The notes beneath the pieces are model-generated. The model worked only from the letters and a program-made list of their open reading frames with translations, had not been told where the DNA came from and did no database searches. Positions 10,029-20,372 of a DNA stretch of 64,000 nt are shown in pieces (the first letter of the stretch is position 1; the number at the start of each line of letters is the position of its first letter). The position numbers and the translations under genes are program-made. The stretch comes from Minisyncoccota bacterium (GTDB lineage: Bacteria > Patescibacteriota > Minisyncoccia > Phycocordibacterales > CAJBRS01), in the NCBI GenBank assembly GCA_017881075.1, contig JADGRH010000002.1, positions 21,654-85,653 on the forward strand, written 5' to 3'.

Positions 10029-10481
10029 TTAATCTACGTCTCCCTCCTGTACCAATTGATCATACAGAAACTGGCAAAAGAGAGGGTACCTGTTCACAAA
10101 ATGTTCGCTGGCTTTGGTAACTCCACTTTCAAGAGCCCGGATCTCTTTTTCTGGCCGGCAGGTTTCTTTTGAAGGTTCAGTAAAGTAACCACTGTCATCA
10201 AAAGCGCAATGAAAAATTTCATGAATCATCGTAACACACCGATCTCGAGGAGTCTCATTCGGATAGGGATGTTCTGGTTCAGGTTTTCGAATGTATACTA
10301 CCCATCCTCCATTGGGACGAATATTTAGCTCCCGACTAATTTTTGCCAAGCCCCCGTCAACTAAAAGGGGACGGCATCGAAAGATGAGACCGTAATCCCT
10401 GATAAGGATCAGGATATATTCAGGAGTGACGTTAAGAAGCTTTTTGCCGATGAGTCGGATCAACTTGATTTTGTATTCCAT
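10029..10481 (-). CDS. hypothetical protein with HExxH zincin motif
   Basis: TMIHEIFH followed by a downstream E. Confidence 0.6.
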   Translation of the reverse strand: MEYKIKLIRLIGKKLLNVTPEYILILIRDYGLIFRCRPLLVDGGLAKISRELNIRPNGGWVVYIRKPEPEHPYPNETPRDRCVTMIHEIFHCAFDDSGYFTEPSKETCRPEKEIRALESGVTKASEHFVNRYPLFCQFLYDQLVQEGDVD

Positions 10482-10578
10482 TTTTCTCGGTTATCTAAAA
10501 TTTACCTTAGCAGAAAACATCCGATTGTCTATGTATATTGCAATTTATTAATATCTGGGTAGAATATGAAAACCTATT

Positions 10579-10944
10579 ATGCCAACCAAAAAGACCACAA
10601 AAAGTAAGAAAGCAGAGGTAAATTCAAATGAATTTGCCATTATTGCCACTGGGGGAAAGCAATACAGGGTGGCGGTTGGAGATGTCCTAAAAATTGAAAA
10701 GATTAAGGGTGACCACAAGAAAGGAGACAAGATTACTTTTGACAAGGTTCTTCTGGTAGATAACGGTTCTGACACCACCATTGGTACTCCTTACATTGAT
10801 GGTGCGGCAGTGGTAGCCACACTCGAAGAAGAAGGGAGAAACAAGAAAATTACTGTCATCAAATACAAACAAAAGAGCCGTTACTTCAAAAAGAATGGGC
10901 ATAGGCAGCCTTACTTCAAAGTTAAAATAGAAGCATTAAAATAA
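10579..10944 (+). CDS. rplU: 50S ribosomal protein L21
   Basis: AIIATGGKQYRV, GHRQPYF. Confidence 0.97.
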   Translation: MPTKKTTKSKKAEVNSNEFAIIATGGKQYRVAVGDVLKIEKIKGDHKKGDKITFDKVLLVDNGSDTTIGTPYIDGAAVVATLEEEGRNKKITVIKYKQKSRYFKKNGHRQPYFKVKIEALK

Positions 10945-10956
10945 AGTCGTCTTTAA

Positions 10957-11577
10957 TCAAGCGCGGTTTTTCCAGGCGTTTTTAATTGTTTCGGTGTCGG
11001 AGTATTCGAGCTCGGTGCCGGTAGAAAGGCCGCGGCCGAGAGTGGAAAGTTTTAGGGAATGTTTTTTAATTTCTGGTCTTAAGATTGACTCCAAATACTC
11101 CCGAGTATTTTCTCCTTCGGGATTTAAATTCATAGCCAAAATTATTTCTTTCAAACCATCATTCTTTGCTCGTTTAGTAATGGTCTCCATCAATTCCTTT
11201 TGTCGGATCTTTGTGGCCGGACTTTTTTCTAATATCGGCACTGAACCGCCGATAACAAAATAGAGTCCAGTATAAACATGAGCTTTTTCAATATTCTCCA
11301 AGTCAATGTCTTTGCTGACAATGGTAAGCTCTGTTTTGTCACGTCCGTCATCGCGACAGATAGGACAAAGGGTTGTGGGGGTTTTGTCTTTGGGAAAAAA
11401 ACGAAAACAGGACTGACAGATGGTGGTGCTGCCCTTCAGTTCGTTCAGAAGGAAGGTAAGATTTTTTAGATAACCTGTTTGTCGGGTAAGGAGAAAGTAA
11501 ACAAAACGTCGCGCCTGGCGAGGGCCGATGCCGGGGAACTCAGAAAATATTTCGGTCAGTTTGCGAATAGGATCCAT
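10957..11577 (-). CDS. recR: recombination mediator RecR
   Basis: PGIGPRQA HhH, C4 zinc finger, Toprim EIILA...EGENT. Confidence 0.95.
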   Translation of the reverse strand: MDPIRKLTEIFSEFPGIGPRQARRFVYFLLTRQTGYLKNLTFLLNELKGSTTICQSCFRFFPKDKTPTTLCPICRDDGRDKTELTIVSKDIDLENIEKAHVYTGLYFVIGGSVPILEKSPATKIRQKELMETITKRAKNDGLKEIILAMNLNPEGENTREYLESILRPEIKKHSLKLSTLGRGLSTGTELEYSDTETIKNAWKNRA

Positions 11578-12962
11578 TAGAATGAAGCGGGAGTAGCGTT
11601 ATCAAAATCGCCGAAATCACTTTTATCGATACTGAGGAAGGTGGCATGCTTCTCGTCAAAATAAAGTTCGATCTTGCCGGTAGGACCATTTCGATGTTTT
11701 TCGATTAATATCTCAGCAATATTTGGTTTGGTAGAATTCTCATTATATTTATCCTCGCGATGAATGAACATCACCACATCGGCATCTTGTTCAATAGAAC
11801 CAGAATCTCGAAGATCTGAAAGTCGCGGTTTGCCACCACGCGACTCCACTGCTCGGTTCAATTGGGATAGGGCCAAGACTGGCACATCCAACTCGCGCGC
11901 CAAATTTTTAAGGGCGCGTGAGATTTCCGTCACCTGCTGAACCATACTGTCATAATTCCTGTTTCCAGGCGGTAACATCAATTGTAGATAGTCCACAATA
12001 ATTAATCCCAAACCTCTTTCTGCTTTCAATTTTCTGGCTACTGAACGCATTTTTAGAATATTGTTTCCCGGCTGATCATCCACAAAGATTGGAGCTTTGG
12101 AGAGAGGATCAAGAGAATCTCTGATTTTGTCAAACTCGCTGTCAAGGGAGAGTTTGCCCGTTCGCAGTTTCCAAGCGTCCACCCGCGATTGCGAGGCCAA
12201 CATGCGATCTACCAGCTGCTGTGAACTCATTTCCAAGGAAAAAATACCCACAGGGATGTTGTGGCCAATAGCCGCCTGGCGGGCAATATCAAGAGCAAGG
12301 GAAGTTTTCCCCATGGAGGGTCGGGCGGCCAGAATTATTAGGTCGGATTTTTGCAGTCCGGCCAAACGATTATCCAAATCTCGAAAACCTGTTGGTACTC
12401 CGCGAATTTCATCTTTTGATTTATGTAGCCTATCCAATCGTTCCCAGGCTTCGCCGAGAGCGTCTTTCAGTTCAATGAATTTATGGACTCCGGAATTGTT
12501 TGTAACATCGTAAATTCTTTTTTCCGCTTTATCCAAAATGTCATCGAGTTCTGCCGCTTCATCAAAACCAAGGTTGGAGATGAACTCCGAGGCCTCGATC
12601 AAATTTCGCATCATGTATTTTTTGTGAACGATCTCGGCGTAATGCTTGATGTTGGCCGAAGAGGGGACGATGTGAACGAGTTCCGTTAAATAACTGGCGC
12701 CACCAGCTTGTTCCAACATCCCTTTTTCTTTTAATCGAGAAGGTAAAGAAAGCAAATCAATCGGTTGGTTTTTACTGAAAAGTTCAAGCATGGCCTGAAA
12801 GATCAACCGATGCCGTTCGCTGTAAAAACCGGGAGCGGAAACAATATCAATAATCTCATGAATGGCTTCGGGCCGAAGCATGATGGAGCCGAGCAGGGCT
12901 TTTTCCGAATCAAGATTTTGAGGAGGAATGCGTAGTTTTGGTTTTTTAACAGTGGTCGCCAT
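11577..12962 (-). CDS. dnaB: replicative DNA helicase
   Basis: AARPSMGKT, IVDYLQL, LSQLNR, DLRDSGSIEQDAD. Confidence 0.98.
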   Translation of the reverse strand: MATTVKKPKLRIPPQNLDSEKALLGSIMLRPEAIHEIIDIVSAPGFYSERHRLIFQAMLELFSKNQPIDLLSLPSRLKEKGMLEQAGGASYLTELVHIVPSSANIKHYAEIVHKKYMMRNLIEASEFISNLGFDEAAELDDILDKAEKRIYDVTNNSGVHKFIELKDALGEAWERLDRLHKSKDEIRGVPTGFRDLDNRLAGLQKSDLIILAARPSMGKTSLALDIARQAAIGHNIPVGIFSLEMSSQQLVDRMLASQSRVDAWKLRTGKLSLDSEFDKIRDSLDPLSKAPIFVDDQPGNNILKMRSVARKLKAERGLGLIIVDYLQLMLPPGNRNYDSMVQQVTEISRALKNLARELDVPVLALSQLNRAVESRGGKPRLSDLRDSGSIEQDADVVMFIHREDKYNENSTKPNIAEILIEKHRNGPTGKIELYFDEKHATFLSIDKSDFGDFDNATPASF

Positions 12963-13071
12963 GGGGAGATTCTAGCACAATTTAAGGTCGGTTAAGAGAC
13001 CAGAAATCTGATAAAAGTGGGCACAAGGTGGGGATTTGGAAGCTTAGCTTCCAAAAAACATCTTTGCACAG

Positions 13072-13210
13072 CTGGTGTGGCCCGTATCGCTCCTGCCCGA
13101 CTTTCCTCCTCTGCTGACTCGGAAGAGTCGTTCACGAGCTCTCCGGGAACAACCTGGACGATTGGGTATTTCACAGCAGACCTATTGTGGTGCTGCTACT
13201 CCAGGTTCTA
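13072..13210. repeat. 139-bp dispersed structured repeat, copy 2 (overlaps cysS 3' end)
   Basis: Matches 8786-8924; supplies the last codons and the stop of cysS. Confidence 0.9.
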
Positions 13211-14609
13211 TTTGATAATCATTTCCCAAATCTTTAATTTCAAATCCAGCATCTAGGATCTTTTTTCGCAATTTATCAGCTTTTTCCCAATCCTTTTCTT
13301 TTCTGGCTTCTTCGCGTTCGTCGGCAAGTTTTGTAATTTCTGCAGGAATTTTGAAGTGAACGGGTTCCGCCAGTTTTTCTAAATCAAGACCGAGAACTCG
13401 GTCAAAATCTAAAATGGTGGCGCGTTTATCGGCGGGGGAGATACTCTCATCTTTTAATAAGTCCCAGACTAAGGCGAGAGCTTTGGGGGTATCCAGGTCG
13501 TCGTTGATAAAAGAGAGAAATTTTTGCTGGTGGCGAAGACTGATCATCCCTTGTCCCCGATCAGGATGAGCCACCCCGAGCAATTGCGAGGGGTAGCTTA
13601 TCTGACCCGCAAGTCGAGTCAGTGCCACTTGCGAGCCATTCAACGCTTCATAATTAAAATTGACCGGACTGCGATAATGCGAAGTCAGGAGCCAATAGCG
13701 ATAGGCGAGAGGACTGACACCTTTTTCTGTAATATCTTGCAGGCGCAAAAAGTTGCCTTGGGATTTTGCCATCTTACCTCCTTCTATAATAATGAAACCG
13801 TGGTGAAGCCAGTAATTTGCCAGAGGCTTTCCGGTGGCTGATTCGGATTGAGCAATCTCATTATTATGATGAATCGGAATATGATCCATTCCACCGGTAT
13901 GAATATCAAATGTCTCGCCAAGATATTTCATACTCATGGCCGAGCACTCAATGTGCCAACCAGGAAATCCTTTTCCCCACGGACTTTCCCAACCCAACTC
14001 CGAGCTGAACTTCCACAAAGCAAAATCTTCCGGATGCCGTTTCTCCGCATTGTGATGAATACGCGATTTCTCCACGTCGGTATCAGGAAAGACACCCCCC
14101 AACCTCCCATAATTTTTATCTTTTGAAGTATCAAAATAAACTCCGTCGGAAGTCGTATAAATAAAACCTTTTTCCTCCAGCTTTTTAATTAGGTCAATAT
14201 TGACATCAATATTCTCGCTAGCCTTCGGTAACATCGTCGGTTTTTCAATATTCAATTCGTCCAGGTTTTTCAAAAAAGCTTCAGTATAAAAATCAGCAAG
14301 ATGGCGCAAAGCTTCCATGGTCAACGGTTTGCCATCTCGTCTTAAAGCCGCCGTCATTTTGTCTTCTCCCTCGTCGGCGTCAGAACGCAAGTGGCCGATA
14401 TCGGTAATATTAATTACTTGAGTGACTTTAAATTGGTTATATTCCAAAGTTCGTCTTAAAACGTCGGCAAAAAGATATGATCGCAGATTACCGATATGAA
14501 CATAGTCATAAACAGTTGGCCCGCAATTATACATTTTGACCTCACCGTCTTTAATCGGTTTGAATATTTCTTTTTTACCAGAGAGAGTGTTGTGAAATCT
14601 AATTTCCAT
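13182..14609 (-). CDS. cysS: cysteine--tRNA ligase
   Basis: [23 protein letters not shown]. Confidence 0.97.
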   Translation of the reverse strand: MEIRFHNTLSGKKEIFKPIKDGEVKMYNCGPTVYDYVHIGNLRSYLFADVLRRTLEYNQFKVTQVINITDIGHLRSDADEGEDKMTAALRRDGKPLTMEALRHLADFYTEAFLKNLDELNIEKPTMLPKASENIDVNIDLIKKLEEKGFIYTTSDGVYFDTSKDKNYGRLGGVFPDTDVEKSRIHHNAEKRHPEDFALWKFSSELGWESPWGKGFPGWHIECSAMSMKYLGETFDIHTGGMDHIPIHHNNEIAQSESATGKPLANYWLHHGFIIIEGGKMAKSQGNFLRLQDITEKGVSPLAYRYWLLTSHYRSPVNFNYEALNGSQVALTRLAGQISYPSQLLGVAHPDRGQGMISLRHQQKFLSFINDDLDTPKALALVWDLLKDESISPADKRATILDFDRVLGLDLEKLAEPVHFKIPAEITKLADEREEARKEKDWEKADKLRKKILDAGFEIKDLGNDYQIEPGVAAPQ

Positions 14610-15521
14610 TTACAGCCACCTTTTATACTTAAAGAAGGAAAAAATCAATAGACCGAGAATCATCATGGAGCTGATGATAATCCAGAAACCATTCGGGTTA
14701 TTCATTAACGGCAGATAATTACTAGTCATACCAAAGATGGTACCAAGAAAGGAAAGAGGCAAGAAAATAAAAGCCATTATGGTAAGAGTTTTCATTACTT
14801 CGTTTTGCTTGGTGGTAAGGAGCGAATCGTTAGTCAGACGCAACTCCTCCAGGAATTCCTTGCTATTTTGTATTTCGCTGTGGACTTTATAGTATTCGCC
14901 GATAATAGACTGCAGATAATATTCAAAATCCGCTCCAAAGAATTTTTTACCGGCTATTGCCAAGGAATCCAGAACACTCTTGTGGGCACTGGTAGCTTCT
15001 TTGAAATCAAGCAGGGTGCGATTCAGTTGGGATAACTCAATGACCATTTTTCTCTCCTCTCCCCGGAAGATCTTATCCTCCGTTTCAGTCAGAGAACTTT
15101 TTATAGAATCAAGCTGATCAATCAGATGGCTATAGACGGTGCGGATCATGTAATAGAAGATAAAACCGGCATGATTCCCCATATTGCTTTTATCCAGAAT
15201 AGAGTTTACCTCAAAAACTTTAGAAAATTGATGAACTGGATCAATGGATTCATAACGAGAAGTGACTAGAAAATTCTGGCCTATAATAAAGTCAATCTCC
15301 TGATTTCTCTGCTCGGTGCCGTATTTGATAGTGGGGAAGTGGAGAATAAGATAGATGCAATTGGCATATAAATCTACTTTCGGTTTAAGACTCGGTACTA
15401 AAAGTTCTTCGGCCACCACAGGGTCAATGTTATATTCCTCCATTACTTGTCGGACCTCATTGTGAGTGGGGGATTCCAGATCTACCCAAACCAGGTCCTT
15501 GTATTCATATTTCTTAATCAT
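14610..15521 (-). CDS. corA: CorA-family Mg2+/divalent cation transporter
   Basis: NEVMKTLT and FGM motifs, two C-terminal TM helices. Confidence 0.88.
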   Translation of the reverse strand: MIKKYEYKDLVWVDLESPTHNEVRQVMEEYNIDPVVAEELLVPSLKPKVDLYANCIYLILHFPTIKYGTEQRNQEIDFIIGQNFLVTSRYESIDPVHQFSKVFEVNSILDKSNMGNHAGFIFYYMIRTVYSHLIDQLDSIKSSLTETEDKIFRGEERKMVIELSQLNRTLLDFKEATSAHKSVLDSLAIAGKKFFGADFEYYLQSIIGEYYKVHSEIQNSKEFLEELRLTNDSLLTTKQNEVMKTLTIMAFIFLPLSFLGTIFGMTSNYLPLMNNPNGFWIIISSMMILGLLIFSFFKYKRWL

Positions 15522-15586
15522 GAAAATATTATAACATAACACTTGCTCGCCAATAGCTCTCGTGAGATAATCTTTAATAATTCCTC

Positions 15587-16810
15587 ATGAATTCCGGTAA
15601 AAAAATTATCCCCGTTGTTATTGCCGTCCTCCTCCTGGGGGGCGCCTTTTTTCTGGGTATGTCGGTTGGGGTTAGTGCTCATCCGGCCATTCAAGACGTC
15701 ACCACCCTCTCCGGCAAAGAAACTGGCCAGCTGGCCACAGTTGATTTTTCTCCATTTTGGAAAGCCTGGAGTCTGATTAATGAGAAATATGTTGCCACTC
15801 ATTCTACCTCGACCGCTAGCGATCAGGAGAGGGTTTACGGGGCTATTAAAGGAATGGTGGATGCCTTGGGCGATCCTTACACCACTTTTTTTCCACCCGC
15901 CGACTCGGAAATTTTTCAGAGCGAGATAAGCGGTAATTTTGAAGGTGTCGGGATGGAAGTGGGGGAGAAGGATGGCGTTCTCGTCGTCATCGCTGCCCTG
16001 AAAAACACTCCAGCCGAGCGAGCCGGTATACAACCTGGGGATAAAATTCTGAAGATCAGTGACACCTCAACAGCTAATCTCAATGTGGACGAGGCGGTCA
16101 AAGTTATTCGTGGTAAGAAAGGCACTCCCGTCACCTTTACTATCTTGCGCGATCCGGTCAAAGATCCTTTTACGGTCAGCGTTATTCGTGACGTTATTAA
16201 TATACCGACTATTGATACAAAACTCCGACCGGATGGTGTTTTTGTAATTCAACTGTACAACTTCTCTGCTACCTCGCCCGATCTTTTCCGCAGTGCTTTG
16301 CGTCAATTTGTTAATTCTCATTCAGACAAATTAATTCTGGATCTGCGCGGCAATCCGGGTGGTTACTTGGAGGCGGCCGTAGATATGGCTAGTTGGTTTT
16401 TGCCAACCGGAAGTGTAGTGGTGACTGAAGATTATGGTAAAGGTAAAGATCAACAAATTTCTCGAAGTCGTGGATACAACATTTTCAATAAAGACTTAAA
16501 GATGGTCGTTTTGATCAATGGTGGATCGGCCTCCGCTTCGGAGATTTTAGCCGGTGCCTTAAGTGAACACGGCGTAGCCAAACTAGTAGGTCAGCAAAGC
16601 TTTGGTAAAGGCTCGGTTCAGGAATTGATCAATTTGACTCCTGACACTGCTCTCAAGGTGACTGTGGCGCGTTGGCTTACTCCAAACGGCAAATCCATTT
16701 CAAATGGGGGCCTTACTCCAGATGTTGAAGTAAAAATGACGGCGGAGGATGTCACGACCGGCAAAGATCCGCAAATGGAGGCGGCTGCAAATCTATTGCT
16801 AGGCAAGTGA
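15587..16810 (+). CDS. S41 C-terminal processing protease
   Basis: PDZ domain, DLRGNPGG, SASASEI, FGKGSVQ. Confidence 0.94.
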   Translation: MNSGKKIIPVVIAVLLLGGAFFLGMSVGVSAHPAIQDVTTLSGKETGQLATVDFSPFWKAWSLINEKYVATHSTSTASDQERVYGAIKGMVDALGDPYTTFFPPADSEIFQSEISGNFEGVGMEVGEKDGVLVVIAALKNTPAERAGIQPGDKILKISDTSTANLNVDEAVKVIRGKKGTPVTFTILRDPVKDPFTVSVIRDVINIPTIDTKLRPDGVFVIQLYNFSATSPDLFRSALRQFVNSHSDKLILDLRGNPGGYLEAAVDMASWFLPTGSVVVTEDYGKGKDQQISRSRGYNIFNKDLKMVVLINGGSASASEILAGALSEHGVAKLVGQQSFGKGSVQELINLTPDTALKVTVARWLTPNGKSISNGGLTPDVEVKMTAEDVTTGKDPQMEAAANLLLGK

Positions 16811-16817
16811 AAAGAAC

Positions 16818-16895
16818 GCGAAACCTACAACTTTTTTAGAGACTAAGACTTGGGCAAACGCCCCGGAGTGGTCTCTAAAAAAGTTCGTAGGTGAG
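16818..16895. repeat. 78-bp palindromic REP-like repeat, copy 1
   Basis: Identical to 17391-17468; ACCTAC-AACTTTTTTAGAGAC...GTCTCTAAAAAAGTT-CGTAGGT stem. Confidence 0.9.
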
Positions 16896-16942
16896 AGTTC
16901 TTACTTGCCGGATCAATTTTAATAATTTATACTCCATAAATC

Positions 16943-17386
16943 ATGAAGGTTATATTTTTAAAAGATGTTGCCAATATTGCCAAGAAATATGAGGTAAAGA
17001 ACGTCTCGGACGGGCATGCTTTAAACCACCTTTTTCCTAATGGACTTGCTGAAATGGCTAACGATCAGACCTTAAAGAAGGTAGAAGAGATGAAAACCCA
17101 GCATGATCAGGAAAGAAAGATCCGTGAAGACTTATTAATGAAGAATCTAAATAATCTCTCTGGTATTCGCATTGAATTGAAAGAAGCTGCAAACGAGAAA
17201 GGTCACCTTTTTGCCGGCATTCACAAGCCGGAACTAGTTAAAGAAATCAAAAAACAAACTAATTTAGATGTAGATGAGGCTCATATTGATCTAGATCAAC
17301 CGATCAAAGCGGTGGGGGAATACGATATCAAAATAAAAGTTCAGGACAAAGAAGCCTCATTTAAATTGATTGTGGATAGTAAATAA
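16943..17386 (+). CDS. rplI: 50S ribosomal protein L9
   Basis: MKVIFLKDV...VSDGHALNHLFP, GHLFAGI. Confidence 0.95.
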   Translation: MKVIFLKDVANIAKKYEVKNVSDGHALNHLFPNGLAEMANDQTLKKVEEMKTQHDQERKIREDLLMKNLNNLSGIRIELKEAANEKGHLFAGIHKPELVKEIKKQTNLDVDEAHIDLDQPIKAVGEYDIKIKVQDKEASFKLIVDSK

Positions 17387-17390
17387 GACG

Positions 17391-17468
17391 GCGAAACCTA
17401 CAACTTTTTTAGAGACTAAGACTTGGGCAAACGCCCCGGAGTGGTCTCTAAAAAAGTTCGTAGGTGAG
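17391..17468. repeat. 78-bp palindromic REP-like repeat, copy 2
   Basis: Identical to 16818-16895. Confidence 0.9.
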
Positions 17469-17509
17469 CAGTTTTATTTACTCCTTAACTAATCTTTATA
17501 GAAAATTCA

Positions 17510-17782
17510 CTAGACAACGTTTACAATCTTGCGAACGGAGGTGGTATTGTCGTAGTTTTGCTTTCGTTTGTTTTTGAATTCCACCTTGCCGTTTTTGAGG
17601 GCAAAAAGAGTGTGGTCTTTACCAATGCCGACGTTCTTGCCAGGCATTACCTTAGTGCCCCTTTGGCGCACGATGATTGAACCGGTCTTAGCAACCTCGC
17701 CGTGGTAGAGCTTGACGCCCAGGAATTTTGGATTTGAGTCGGTCAGGTTTTTGGCTGATCCGCCCGCTTTTTTACTTGCCAT
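17510..17782 (-). CDS. rpmA: 50S ribosomal protein L27
   Basis: [27 protein letters not shown]. Confidence 0.97.
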   Translation of the reverse strand: MASKKAGGSAKNLTDSNPKFLGVKLYHGEVAKTGSIIVRQRGTKVMPGKNVGIGKDHTLFALKNGKVEFKNKRKQNYDNTTSVRKIVNVV

Positions 17783-17797
17783 AGTTTCTACATAGTA

Positions 17798-18202
17798 ATG
17801 AAATTTCTTAAAAATGCAAATTTTAAACGGGGTCTTATTGTTAGCCTGATTATGATTCTCTCAGTCGGGGCTGCTTTTGGTCTGGGCCGATTATCAGTCT
17901 TGATGGGGGAGAAGGAGCCGATAGTGATTGAAGAGCCGCCGCCCTTGACGTCTTTGGCGGCGGCTCTTCCGACCACTACAACCCTTTCGGTCAAAACGAT
18001 TCCCGAAAAGATGCCGGAGCCGGAGGCTCCGGCACCTTCCGAACCCGTCGTCTTTGTTGCTTCGCGAACCGGCAAAAGTTACTACTTTCCTTGGTGTGGT
18101 ATAGTAAAACGCATCAAGAAGGAGAATCTGATAAGCTTTACAAGTAAAACCGAAGCGGAAAAAGCCGGGTACAGCCCCGGCAACTGCGCCGGGTTAAAAT
18201 AA
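17798..18202 (+). CDS. membrane-anchored protein with Ada-type metal-binding-like domain
   Basis: N-terminal TM; [15 protein letters not shown]...EAEKAGYSP. Confidence 0.75.
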   Translation: MKFLKNANFKRGLIVSLIMILSVGAAFGLGRLSVLMGEKEPIVIEEPPPLTSLAAALPTTTTLSVKTIPEKMPEPEAPAPSEPVVFVASRTGKSYYFPWCGIVKRIKKENLISFTSKTEAEKAGYSPGNCAGLK

Positions 18203-18205
18203 TTT

Positions 18206-18796
18206 ATGATCGTCGTTGACGTCGAAACAACCGGTACAGAGCCGCACAAGCACTCCCTTTTAAGTATTGGGGCTCTTGATTTTGAACACCCGGAAAGGCA
18301 ATTCTACGAGGAGTGTCGTATTTGGGATGGGGCGCATGCTGAAGAGAAGGCTTTGGAGATCAATGGTTTTAGCAGAGCATCAATAATTGACCCCAACAAG
18401 AAGACCGATGGAGACATCGTTAAAGAATTTTTGAATTGGATAGGTCCGGAAGAGAGGATGTTGATAGGCCACAACGTTTCTTTTGACCGGGACTTTTTAA
18501 AATATACGGCCGAAAGATATCATCTGAACTGGCCGATCATCCATCGCACAATAGATCTCCACTCCATTTGTTATTTTCACATGGTGAGGAGGGGAGTGAA
18601 TATACCGAAAAATCGACATCATTTGGATATAAATTCCCGTACCGTTTCCATCTATGTTGGGATTCCCGAGGAACCGAACCCTCACAACGGCCTAAATGGA
18701 GCCAAATGGGAGGCCGAGGCCTTCTCAAGACTCCTTTACGACAAGCCACTTTTGACCGAATTTAAGGGATTTCCGATTCCTTGGCTACCATCCTGA
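18206..18796 (+). CDS. DEDDh 3'-5' exonuclease
   Basis: VVDVETTG, GHNVSFD, HNGLNGA. Confidence 0.88.
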   Translation: MIVVDVETTGTEPHKHSLLSIGALDFEHPERQFYEECRIWDGAHAEEKALEINGFSRASIIDPNKKTDGDIVKEFLNWIGPEERMLIGHNVSFDRDFLKYTAERYHLNWPIIHRTIDLHSICYFHMVRRGVNIPKNRHHLDINSRTVSIYVGIPEEPNPHNGLNGAKWEAEAFSRLLYDKPLLTEFKGFPIPWLPS

Positions 18797-19147
18797 TTTT
18801 AGGCCATATTTTTGACAAATTGTAAAATGTTTATTGCTATAAAAACCATATAATAAGCCATATTTTCTTATTTTTCTATTTAAAATTATCCCCAGTTCGT
18901 TGACTTTGACGCTCCAAAATGATAGTATTAAAGCTCCAGAACATTATGTTCTGGCTTTTTTCTTCCTCCAGATCACGATCGATTAACAGCTAAAAAAAGG
19001 CTTATTTTACATTTAACCATCGGATTACTGACGTTTATTTCAAGTTTAGTCTCACCAACAGAAACCCACGCTACCACTATCGCCAAAGTTCCAGAGTCTG
19101 CGCCGAGCCAATACTCGGTTCTTCATCTTGATCAACTGCCGGTAAAA

Positions 19148-19540
19148 ATGCCTGAAAAAGTGGCTGAAGCAGGAACGGTCAGGACTTACAAAGGTCCAAA
19201 AGAAGTAGAATTGGTAGTCAGAAACTACTTTAAAGACACGCCCCTCATGGCTGATATTGCCAAGTGCGAATCGCACTTCCGACAATACAACAAGGATGGG
19301 GAAGTTTATCGTGGCTCCATCAATACTAGCGATGTCGGAGTGATGCAGATCAATGAGAAATATCATTTAAAGACAGCAGAGAAGATGGGGTTTGATATCT
19401 ACAGCCTGAATGGTAATGTGGCTTATGCCAAATATCTCTACCAAAAAGAAGGCTCCTATCCGTGGATTTCTTCCAGTGGTTGCTGGGCCAATGGAAGGAC
19501 TGCTTTAAAAACTCCCACTCCTAACGTGGCGGTGAACTAA
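19148..19540 (+). CDS. lysozyme-like/lytic transglycosylase domain protein (true start probably upstream)
   Basis: IAKCES...DVGVMQIN...N...A motif; in-frame signal-peptide-like sequence upstream. Confidence 0.75.
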   Translation: MPEKVAEAGTVRTYKGPKEVELVVRNYFKDTPLMADIAKCESHFRQYNKDGEVYRGSINTSDVGVMQINEKYHLKTAEKMGFDIYSLNGNVAYAKYLYQKEGSYPWISSSGCWANGRTALKTPTPNVAVN

Positions 19541-19556
19541 TATATACTGAATACAT

Positions 19557-20363
19557 ATGCTGGAAGATGAAAACATCATTGAGGTCAGAAATCTGACTAA
19601 AAAATTCGGCGACTTCGTCGCCGTAAACGATATCTCTTTTGAAGTGAAAAAAGGAGAAACTTTTGCTTTTCTTGGGCCGAACGGAGCAGGGAAGACCACC
19701 ACTATTAAAATGTTGACCACCCTCCTTCGTCCTACCTCAGGCAATATTCATCTCAATCAGTTTGACGTAGTGAAAGAGTCGAATAAGACTCGCCACTCTT
19801 TTGGTATTGTTTTTCAAGACCCTAGTCTTGATACAGACCTGACCGCCATGGAGAATATGGAGATTCACGCCGCTCTTTATGGCTTACCTAAAGATCTGTA
19901 CAACAAAAGATCGGAAGAGCTTCTGAATATGGTGGAGCTTTGGGATAGACGAAAGGACATGGTCCGGGATTTTTCCGGTGGAATGAAACGTCGACTGGAG
20001 ATTGCTCGTGGACTTCTCCATCATCCGAAAGTTTTGTTTTTGGATGAGCCTACTCTTGGTCTTGATCCTCAGACTCGCAATCATATGTGGTCATACATAA
20101 AAGATTTGAATCAGAAAGAAGGCATCACTGTTTTTGTGACCACTCATTACATGGATGAGGCCGACAAAGTAGCAGATCGCATTGCCATCATTGATCACGG
20201 TAAGATCATTGCTCAAGGCACCTCTGACGAATTAAAACAAAAGACCGGTCAGACTAGTCTGGAAGAGGCATTTCTTTCGCTCACCGGCCACGCCATTCGA
20301 GAGCAGGCAGGGGAGTCTGAGATGAAGAGAATGGGTCAGATGTGGAGGGGTGGAAAAAGATAA
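19557..20363 (+). CDS. ABC-2 exporter ATP-binding subunit (DrrA-like)
   Basis: GPNGAGKTT, FSGGMKRR, LDEPT. Confidence 0.94.
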   Translation: MLEDENIIEVRNLTKKFGDFVAVNDISFEVKKGETFAFLGPNGAGKTTTIKMLTTLLRPTSGNIHLNQFDVVKESNKTRHSFGIVFQDPSLDTDLTAMENMEIHAALYGLPKDLYNKRSEELLNMVELWDRRKDMVRDFSGGMKRRLEIARGLLHHPKVLFLDEPTLGLDPQTRNHMWSYIKDLNQKEGITVFVTTHYMDEADKVADRIAIIDHGKIIAQGTSDELKQKTGQTSLEEAFLSLTGHAIREQAGESEMKRMGQMWRGGKR

Positions 20364-20372
20364 TAAAAAAAT

